This document shows positions 1 through 8,419 of a stretch of 17,975 bases of DNA, in pieces; position 1 is the first letter of the stretch, and each line of letters starts with the position of its first letter. A program made the translations under genes and the position numbers. Location: contig JBHGNT010000673.1 in NCBI GenBank assembly GCA_043228905.1, positions 1 through 17,975 on the forward strand, given 5' to 3'. The notes under the pieces were generated by a model. The model was not told the origin of the DNA and ran no database searches. It was given only the letters and a program-made list of their open reading frames with translations. Source of the stretch: Azolla caroliniana. Lineage: Eukaryota; Plantae; Polypodiophyta.

Positions 1-110
1 ATCTATTGTTGACTTCCTTAATCGTCCGGCTTTTGTAAGTGTGAAGTCGTACACGATGATATCCACATCAGAGATATCAAGGGTCGAGGTGTTACGAATG
101 TTTCGCTTCC
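1..110 (-). pseudogene. C-terminal continuation of the Sola-like transposase, split off by the copia insertion
   Basis: Removing 116-5089 plus one TSD copy joins ...ECPTRRGGRK to RKRNIRNTSTLDISDVDIIVYDFTLTKAGRLRKSTID in frame, with no stop up to the window edge. Confidence 0.85.
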
Positions 111-115
111 TCTTC

Positions 116-940
116 TGACGGGAACTCAACTCTCCTTATGCACAACGCTCGGCCACAACCGAGCTTAGAATGATACACAGAAAAAACGGGAAATAAAACA
201 CGACACAAAGAAGAGGAAGATACATAGGAGGTTTACGTGGAAAACCCCAAACTAGGGGGAAAACCACGACAGCCCACAGGTTGCAAACTGTCACTATGTA
301 AGAATGTACAACAGTGAGTTCATTGAGGCAACGATCTCGTGTTCACAGATCTTCGCCACAGGCGGCGGTTACAGCAGAGGCAACGACCTCTTTCTCACTC
401 TCTCTCTCTGTACACGGTTACGTGCTCTCTCTATACTTTTTCAACAAGAATGACAACACACACTAAAAGTTTGCCCTAAGTCATATTTATACTAATATGA
501 CTTTTCGGCTATTTACAAATATAGCCACGGTGGGCTCTTCAGAAAACATATTTACGAATATGTCTCTTCATCCGGAGAGCATTCCTCACCGGGTCTGCGC
601 CATCCGGCTCTTCGTAGCCGGGTACTCCTCATCCGGTCCTCACCGGGTCTGCATCATCCGGCTCTCCGTAGCCGGGTACTCCTCATCCGGTCCTCACCGG
701 GTCTGCATCATCCGGCTCTCCGTAGCCGGGTACTCCTCATCCGGTCTTCACCGGGTCTGCGCCATCCGGCTCTCCATAGCCGGGTACTCCTCATCCGGTC
801 TTCACTGGGTCTGCATCATCCGGCTCTCCGTAGCTGGGTACTCCTCATACAGTTTCGGCCTCGACCTATCGGCCTCGGCCGAGTTTGTTCATCAGCACTG
901 TTCTTTTCTCTTCCCATCCGGAGGGACCTGTCTCCCAACA
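116..940 (-). repeat. Copia 3' LTR (825 bp)
   Basis: On - it reads TGTTGGGAGA...TTCCCGTCA; preceded by the PPT and followed by the TSD; TATAAATA on - at 484-491. Confidence 0.9.
584..848. repeat. 54-bp tandem repeat, about 5 copies, in the U3 region of the copia LTR
   Basis: Unit cctcaccgggtctgcatcatccggctctccgtagccgggtactcctcatccggt starting at 584, 638, 692, 746 and 800. Confidence 0.95.
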
Positions 941-956
941 TACTCCTCCTTCACTC
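941..956 (-). other. Copia polypurine tract
   Basis: - strand GAGTGAAGGAGGAGTA immediately before TGTTGGG of the 3' LTR, overlapping the pol stop codon. Confidence 0.85.
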
Positions 957-1000
957 CGGCATGGGGTGTCTTACCAGTCCGATCCGCTTCCGGCATGCGT
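951..1000 (-). pseudogene. Last codons of copia pol (RNase H C-terminus)
   Basis: Reads ACRKRIGLVRHPMPE* and continues ...LTPDKLD from 4519 onward once the nested element is removed. Confidence 0.85.
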
Positions 1001-1728
1001 TGTCGTAGTGTATTTTGTACACTACGTGAAAAACGTATATAGTATTAGATTCAATAAAAAATGAAGAAATAGAAGAAAATAGCAAAATAAATGGAACATG
1101 CATAGGGCAAGATTCGAACCTTGCACCTCCATGTTAATAATGTAATGTCTTACCATTACACTAGCATTTCACTAGTGTTAAAGCATAGATGTCCCACATA
1201 GAAAGGTAAATTCACGCTAGGATAAACATTAGAAAAACGCATAACAAAAGAAAAAGCTACACATACACATCTAGCGTGCATGATAAAAAACGCACAAGTT
1301 AGAAAAAAGCATGATCACTTTAGATAAAGCATATAGTCTATCTATAGGAAAAGCATGGGGTCTATAGTTAGAGAAAAAGCATGGATTACTAAGACTTCCT
1401 CATCACTACATAAGGATGGGGAGCACAATGTAATTGTGTGTGAAAAATATTTGGAAACTGGATATGTTTCTAAAAAACACCAATTAATAAACTATACTCG
1501 TGGGATTCACGAGGATTCTATATCATTCTCTTTCAACCCAAATTTATATTCTTATATTCATATTGATTAATCAAATACAATACACTCGTGGGATTCACGA
1601 GTTTGCTATAACTCTTTCTTACAACATATTTATATTCTTATTAGCCTTAAAACTCTCCTCTTCCTAGTCCAAAACCCCAGCGGTTCCCACCCGACTCACG
1701 CAACGATCCGGAGCCGAAAGGCACGACA
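1001..1728 (+). repeat. 5' LTR of the gag-only element (728 bp)
   Basis: Direct repeat of 3790-4518; by eye 2 substitutions and one 1-bp indel. Confidence 0.96.
1097..1165 (-). other. Degenerate tRNA-like Pol III A/B-box cassette in the 5' LTR (second copy at about 3886-3954)
   Basis: - strand TAGTGTAATGGT (A-box-like, 1152-1163) and GGTTCGAATCTT (B-box-like, 1109-1120) at tRNA-like spacing; no complete cloverleaf evident. Confidence 0.6.
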
Positions 1729-1732
1729 CAGT

Positions 1733-1749
1733 TGGTGAACCCGACGTGA
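1733..1749 (+). other. Primer binding site, tRNA-Trp
   Basis: TGGTGAACCCGACGTGA, 4 nt after the LTR; complementary to the plant tRNA-Trp 3' end (…TCACGTCGGGTTCA-CCA), from recall. Confidence 0.85.
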
Positions 1750-1787
1750 AGACGGGTGGCAAGGAGATGGAGAATTAACAAGAGGCG

Positions 1788-3797
1788 ATGAACATGATGA
1801 TGATAATGTTTGAGCAGATGCAACAAGAACAACGTGCGATGTCGGAGATGAAGGCGGCAGTAGAGCGGCTTCTGCGACGAAACGGGGAATTCAACGGTAA
1901 GGGTGTGTCACGCTACCTACGTGAATATAAGGCGGAGATGATGCAATATCGGATACCGGAAGGATTGCAAGTGATATCCTTTAGTCGGGTGGCCTCGGAC
2001 GAACTACAATAGAGAATCCACAAGATACAACAACAAAACTCGACATGGGAGTCCTTTGAAGAAGCTTTACGGGAGGCATATGACTATGAGAGATGGACGG
2101 GACGAGATCGACGAGAATTCGACGAATAGGTGGCGTCGGAGAAGACCCACCAAAGTGCAACACAAGCATTCCTAGAGTTCGAGCATCATTTTGCTCGACT
2201 CTCGGAGCGGGAACGAAGATTGGTGGGAGGAGATAAAGTCTTAATGTTTGTAAGATCGATCGATCGGAAAGAAAGGATGGACATTGGGATCGAACTCGAA
2301 GATGATGACGGTGCGAACAGCCTTACCGAGGATTGGGCCAAAGTCGAAAGGGTATGCCGAAGACATGATGAAAGGAAGCTGAGAATCTCGTCAACAACGA
2401 CATGGCCCATGAAGGATGGTCGATTGAGGAAAAACGATGAAGCCAATATGAAGGCCGAAATACAACATGATGGTACCACGGGAGAAAGAGTGGAACAAGA
2501 CACCCACTCGTCTTGTGAAAGAACGATGGCGAAGGATAAGGCCGATAATTCAAGTGTAGAAGGAAATTTCGGGATACAAGTGCCCGAGACATCGGGTCAA
2601 AAAGGGGTAAGCATAATAGATGTTTGCATAATTGATGCAGATAAAGAGTGTGAAGCGGATGTGATTAAGGAGGTAGCCACAAAAGACGAAATCGAATCGG
2701 AGGTGGCTATGGACGAATCAATGGCGGATTGCCATATCGAGACTTCCCCACCACTGATTCCAGAGACTCCGGCGGTTGCGATCGAAAGGCAACGTGAGAC
2801 CGAAGAGACGGAAGGTGGCGGAGAGAAAACGAATGTCGAAGCCGACGAATACGATGAAGAGATAGCCGAGAAGAATGCTAAGGGTGAAACTACGAAAGAA
2901 GTTAATACCGAGGATTCATGCCAACAATATCTAGAGACTTCAGCGGTTGTGTCCGAGAACCAACGTGAGACCGGAGAGACGGGAGATGGCGGCGAGGAAG
3001 GTAAAGTCGGAAGTCGGTTCGGATGGAAAATGATCCATCCGAAATTCCAATCTAAAAGAAAGTGCGACAATGCGGAGGTCGGGTCTACGACGGGAGAAGC
3101 GCGTAATACAGAGCACGCTCTACAGCGAATAAAGAAACGCGTGTTATGGCGAATAAAGAAGCACGCGCTACGACGAGAAAAGAAGCATGCATTACAACCA
3201 CACGAGGACCGAACAACGAGCACATATCGGAGGACCTACGTAGCGAACAACGGAAAGAAGTGCCGAAAGTCGAACCGGACAAGGCAGGTGAAAACGAAGA
3301 AAAGAAAGCAAATCCGGACGAAAAGAAAAGAAAAGAAACCGACCCGAAAGAGCACTGAATCGGTAAAAACCGATCAACCGAGTCCGGATCGACCGAATAC
3401 AAATCGGAAAGGAAGCCGAACTAAACGAAAGACGATCCGACGAGACCGAATCGGAAGTAAGCTAATCCGACTAAACCAAAAATCCGAAAAGAAGTCGAGA
3501 TTGATGAAGAAAAGAAAGAGGGCAAGAAAAGATACTACCGCGGATGACAAGGACCAAGCGGGCCATGCAAAAAGCGAACGAAGACTATGGTGGATCGGAT
3601 GTCGACAATGGTTCGGGTGGAAAGAATGGATGTGCTCCAAATGGAGAGACAAAGTCAACATAACAAGAGAAGTCGAGGGTACTACGAGCCGGCAACGAAA
3701 CCAATCGGGTAGAGACCGGACGGAGGAGACTAACAAACACCAACAACTTCGGCACATACCGGAGGATGTGCGGGTTTGGAGGGGGCGAGTGTCGTAG
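1788..3797 (+). pseudogene. gag: gag-like ORF with two in-frame stops and a long acidic then basic low-complexity tail
   Basis: ORFs 1788-2012 and 2130-3797 share a frame (TAG at 2010 and 2127). GEFNGKGVSRYLREYKAEM and KVLMFVRSID...LTEDWAKV align by eye with gypsy gag at 12311-12910. Confidence 0.8.
3776..3789 (+). other. PPT of the gag-only element
   Basis: TTGGAGGGGGCGAG directly before the 3' LTR. Confidence 0.8.
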
Positions 3798-4518
3798 TGT
3801 ATTTTGTACACTACGTGAAAAACGTATATAGTATTAGATTCAATAAAAAATGAAGAAATAGAAGAAAATAGCAAAATAAATGGAACATGCATAGGGCAAG
3901 ATTCGAACCTTGCACCTCCATGTTAATAATGTAATGTCATACCATTACACTAGCATTTCATTAGTGTTAAAGCTATAGATGTCCCACATAGAAAGGTAAA
4001 TTCACGCTAGGATAAACATTAGAAAAACGCATAACAAAAGAAAAAGCTACACATACACATCTAGCGTGCATGATAAAAAACGCACAAGTTAGAAAAAAGC
4101 ATGATCACTTTAGATAAAGCATATAGTCTATCTATAGGAAAAGCATGGGGTCTATAGTTAGAGAAAAAGCATGGATTACTAAGACTTCCTCATCACTACA
4201 TAAGGATGGGGAGCACAATGTAATTGTGTGTGAAAAATATTTGGAAACTGGATATGTTTCTAAAAAACACCAATTAATAAACTATACTCGTGGGATTCAC
4301 GAGGATTCTATATCATTCTCTTTCAACCCAAATTTATATTCTTATATTCATATTGATTAATCAAATACAATACACTCGTGGGATTCACGAGTTTGCTATA
4401 ACTCTTTCTTACAACATATTTATATTCTTATTAGCCTTAAAACTCTCCTCTTCCTAGTCCAAAACCCCAGCGGTTCCCACCCGACTCACGCAACGATCCG
4501 GAGCCGAAAGGCACGACA
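3790..4518 (+). repeat. 3' LTR of the gag-only element (729 bp)
   Basis: Direct repeat of 1001-1728, followed by TSD GCGT. Confidence 0.96.
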
Positions 4519-5029
4519 GCGTCCAGCTTGTCGGGTGTCAGCACTTTGGTCAGCATATCTGACCCGTTCTCGGCCGTGTGGATCTTCGTCAGTGCGAACT
4601 CCTGGTCGTCTACTCTTTCCCGGATCCAGTGATACCTTCGCTGGATATGCTTCGTCCGGGAATGGTAGGCCACATTCTTAGCAAGGTGGATGGCACTTTG
4701 ACTGTCGCAATAGAGTCGGTATTCCTCTTGCCGGATACCGAGCTCTCCGATGAAGTCCTTCATCCATAATATTTCCTTGCCGGCTTCCACAGCCACCATG
4801 TACTCCGCCTCCGTGGTTGACAATGCAACCGTCTTTTGCAGCCTCGACTGCCACGAAACAGCTCCCCCTGCATATGTCATTACATACCCGGATGTAGACC
4901 AGCTGGTATCCACATTAGCCGACATGTCCGAATCGGTGAAACCGTCCAATTGAGGTTTTCCTGAGCCGAATTGGAGACACATATTTGAAGTGCCCTTCAA
5001 ATACCAGAGTATCCATTTGACCGCGTTCC
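4519..5029 (-). pseudogene. pol: Copia pol fragment: RT C-terminus and RNase H
   Basis: AVKWILWYLKGT, GFTDSD, STSGY, WQSRLQKTVALSTTEAEY, YCDSQSAI, HSRTKHI, ENGSDMLTK are canonical copia RT/RNase H motifs. Confidence 0.95.
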
Positions 5030-5089
5030 GAGTTTGTTCATCAGCAATGTTCTTTTCTCTTCCCATCCGGAGGGACCTGTCTCCCAACA
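5028..5089 (-). repeat. 62-bp remnant of the copia 5' LTR
   Basis: Matches 879-940 with one substitution and is fused directly to the RT 3' end. Confidence 0.92.
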
Positions 5090-7547
5090 TCTTCCTACCT
5101 CCCCTTCTTGTTGGGCATTCAATCATCTCCAATGTATACTTACCTGTAAAAGCATTTGCACTTCTAGTGTTGTACCAATGAACATTCATAGACTTGATCG
5201 TGTTTTCTATTTCATGCATTATCACTTCTAGAATTTTACCAACCCAAAATTGGTGGCCATGTGAGTTCTCATCAGCCGGCGTTGCAATCAACATCCCCGC
5301 GGTGAGCTCTTGCAAATTGCCTTGCCATCTAGCTTCGGCTGCTTTCGTCATCCTTGGTCCCACATAAATGTCTCTTTGTTGTGGATGGACTAAGCTGTCA
5401 TTAATCGCATTTACTAGTTGCTCCGGAGTTCTATTTACGCGATCATGTTGCAGCGACCATGTGAATGGCGTTTCCAAATTCCAATTATCAACAGATACAC
5501 AATATTATTGTCTATAATTTCTTTCTGATCACTATAAAATACATCCCACCATGACATGTCTTGTTGTGCGGCATATTTCTTGGCAGCCTCAATATGCTTT
5601 CTTTTTTCTTCTAAGGCTTGGAGCCATGACCGTTTTTGTTCTGATACCAAGTCGCTCTGCAACTGTCCTTTCTTCTCAATTGGCATTTGCTTAGCTCCAT
5701 GGACAATTGTACTCGGCATACAAAGTAATAATTGGCAACCACCTTCAGGTTCCCATGTTGTAGAAGATGAATATTGTTTAGCATACAAAAGTGTAGAACC
5801 ACTTATTCCATTTTTCTTTATCATAAAAATGTGATTGAAACTTATATTGTTTAACTGAGCAAGCACTTTAACATTCCCACCACCCCCATCTGATATATAT
5901 CTCTTAAATTCATATACCTCCTTCAAGTGTAACACTTTTGGGCGTGGTGTATATGCATCACAAATGACATCAAATAGTTTAGGTAAAGTGAAAGCATCAT
6001 GCCGAGACAACTGTCTGGAGAATGTGCTAAACATCTGATCTATATGGTCATGTGTGTGGCCAACCAAAAGGAAATTGACTTTCACTTTCCTAAACAATTC
6101 TTGGTTGACCAACATACTTAGATAGCCAAATACAGTTGAATTTTTGTTCTCTCTAGCAGTATTGTCCAATTGAATGTATAGAACAGGGGGGAAAGGTTGG
6201 CCCCAAGACATCAAAACTCAGGGAATGACTGTAACTGTTAGGTTAGGGTCATTGTGAACATTGGGGTAAGTAATGAAGACATGAGGTCGAACAGACCTAT
6301 TATAAGCCAAGCATCTCACCAAGTGCATTTGAACAAGGCACTCATCATTGACATCTTTGGGGAGCCTCCGCATATGTGGCAAGCACAACTTCTTCTGGTC
6401 CATGCCATCTATCATTAAGCACATGTATTGTTCGGGCCTCTTCAAACACTTCTCTCTATGATGCATCGCCTTCTTTCGTTCTAAGGATTGTGCCTCACGA
6501 TGCTCTTGTAGTAACTTCTTACTCATATCCTTTTCCATTGATGTCTTTGCACCTTTAGCCAAACTTTTAAGATTTCCACGTACTTTACGAGGAATAATAA
6601 CATTTGAAAACCGAGTTCTCCATAATCTTGTGAATTGGCTATAGGTGATAGACTTATTACGTGAGCCCAGCATATCAGATCAATAGACATCATAAACTTC
6701 CCGACGTGTATAATTATCAGAAAGGTGCATCCTACCTGTAGTGGGCATTACTTCACAATTTAACTGAAAGTAAGTTTTCATCCAACCAATAGCATGTCTT
6801 CCAATTGCACCTTTCATACTTGGAACCTCTTTACAATTGAGCATCTGATCCCCGCTAAGTAGACGTTGTTGTACTCTATGTAGCTGCATGTTACTAACAC
6901 ATAACGCAATTTTGAATGCAACTCTACATATCTGTTGCGCATGGAAGATATAATAGTCGAATCATACTTTGATCCCCGTACATTTGTCAGATACTAGTTG
7001 CATATGTGACCCGAGGTAAGTGTCTTGCTCATCACCGGTCATCGAAAAATAGTATCGCCTTAATTCTCGCAACTTTGATTTTCCAATCATAGACATACAA
7101 CCACAGGCACAACATATTTTTTTGACATCAAATCCAATCTGTTTATCTGATGTCACTAAGCTAAATCTAGCTAGACGAATTCTTTGTGGGATTCTTCTAA
7201 TATGCATAGGGCTCCCAGATTTCTCTTCCTGCATAGAGGTTACAATCTAATTCTCTGTTGTGACCATCGCCAATGTTATTCAATGTTTCCTTGGCACTAC
7301 CTTCATTCTCCGTATCTTTATTAATATCGTATTCTTCAATAGAGAATTCTTCACATGTGTCATTATTTACATTCCCTGTAGATGAGCTCAGACAATATTC
7401 TTCGATAGAATATGGTGAGTCTGTCGACAGACAATATTCTTCAATCGAATATGGTGACTCTGTCGACAAACAATACTCTTCAGTAGAAAACGATGAGTCT
7501 GATGACAAACAATATTCTTCAATCGAGAACAGCGAATCTTCACTCAT
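5090..7547 (-). pseudogene. Sola-like DDD transposase (DUF7869-type core), decayed
   Basis: ORFs 7234-6962, 6889-6680, 6673-6218 and 6214-5435 are one frame broken by TGA stops. Motifs: CCACGC...EQDTYL, ICRVAFKIALCVS, WMKTYF...EVMP, CLMIDGMDQ, LYIQLDNTARENKN, FLLVGHTHDHIDQMFS. Frame changes near 7240 and 5480. The superfamily call is motif recall. Confidence 0.78.
7383..7538 (-). repeat. 39-bp (13-aa) coding tandem repeat x4 at the transposase N-terminus
   Basis: Translates as S-x-[FY]-S-[IT]-EEYCLS-x-x repeated four times; (g/a)acaata(t/c)tc recurs every 39 nt. Confidence 0.9.
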
Positions 7548-7610
7548 GGCTTAAGGTCTAGATAGGGCTCTGTAAGTTATGTGCTTAGGGTAAGGAAAAA
7601 AACTAATAAG

Positions 7611-7678
7611 CTCCTCTCTAAACATATACTCCTCTCTAAACATATACTCCTCTCTAAACATAAACTTCTCTCTAAACA
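7611..7678. repeat. 18-bp tandem repeat, about 3.8 copies
   Basis: ctcctctctaaacatata or close variants at 7611, 7629, 7647 and 7665. Confidence 0.93.
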
Positions 7679-7867
7679 AAAGCCAAATCAATAGAATGTC
7701 TATATTATGTAATATTATATTAATACAATACATAAAAATTTTATTTTTAATAAAGTAATTGTATTTAAAATATCAATTATTATTTAAACTACATCTATAT
7801 GAAGTTAAATCAAGTATAATATAAATCTAATCATTACCAAGCCATAAATATGTTGGATTAATGTTAA

Positions 7868-8278
7868 AATCATTGGCTAATTAATGGCACCCATATTTGA
7901 TATAGAACCTCCCACTCATTGGTTCTTTAATGCTCACCATTTTAAATATTAGACTTATCAATCATTGGTTAATTCATGCCCGCATCTTTAATACACAGCA
8001 TTTGAGAGTCATAAAAAATGTTGCTTTTAGTAATCAATCATTGGTACATTCATGAATCTCTATGATTATCTCCTTCATGACCTTTGAAGTCATTGCAGGT
8101 TGTTATGACTATAAAAGATTGATCAATATGTTAGTTTGACTTTGTAATCATTAATGCAATCATAAGTTACTCTAGTTAATGTGACTGTGGTTACCAACTA
8201 ACTATCCTCAAACTTACCAAGCTTGGTTAAGGTGACTATGGTTACTTTAACCAATGTGGTCAATCCCTATAAATAGGA
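7868..8278. promoter_or_regulatory. Putative divergent promoter region with CCAAT-type motifs and a TATA box
   Basis: CATTGG at 7871, 7917, 7963 and 8039; CCCTATAAATAGG at about 8265-8277, roughly 150 nt upstream of ATG 8420; lies between head-to-head genes. Confidence 0.55.
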
Positions 8279-8310
8279 AGACCTCGTCATATTTCACTCA
8301 CAAGAGCACC

Positions 8311-8374
8311 CAAGAGCGTACAGAGCGTACAGAGCACACAGAGCGTACAAAGCACACAAAGCACACAGAGCACG
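8311..8374 (+). repeat. 9-bp tandem repeat x7 in the putative 5' UTR
   Basis: Unit ca(g/a)agc(gt/ac)a repeated. Confidence 0.9.
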
Positions 8375-8419
8375 AAGCACAAAAGCGCGATCTCCACCTC
8401 CACTGCCACACGATCAACC

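Larger units (their letters stand above)
1001..4518 (+). mobile_element. Non-autonomous gag-only LTR retrotransposon (TR-GAG-like, gypsy-related)
   Basis: Near-identical LTRs TGTCGT...ACGACA; 4-bp TSD GCGT at 997-1000 and 4519-4522; PBS and PPT present; gag-like ORF only, with no PR, RT or IN motifs. Confidence 0.93.
116..5089 (-). mobile_element. Ty1/copia LTR retrotransposon, internally deleted and interrupted by a nested LTR element
   Basis: TG...CA termini; 5-bp TSD TCTTC at 111-115 and 5090-5094; 5028-5089 nearly identical to 879-940; copia RT end and RNase H between them; PPT next to the 3' LTR. Confidence 0.93.

Noticed and set aside
90-115. Alternative copia LTR boundary at TGTTACG (90)
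   Set aside because: No TSD there; the boundary at 116 gives TSD TCTTC and restores the transposase frame.
497-1042. 181-aa repeat protein
   Set aside because: Antisense read-through of the 54-bp LTR minisatellite, crossing an element junction.
1097-1165. Functional tRNA gene
   Set aside because: Only the boxes and T-arm are recognisable; no convincing acceptor or anticodon stem.
1355-1570. Duplicated 71-aa ORF (also 4145-4360)
   Set aside because: Identical only because it lies in both LTRs; no recognisable motif.
4437-5477. 346-aa ORF as a real gene
   Set aside because: Chance in-frame chimera of transposase tail, copia LTR remnant, copia RT/RNase H and the antisense end of another LTR.
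5638-5649. tRNA-iMet PBS-like sequence (TGGTATCAGAAC on -)
   Set aside because: Inside transposase coding sequence, not adjacent to an LTR end; chance match.
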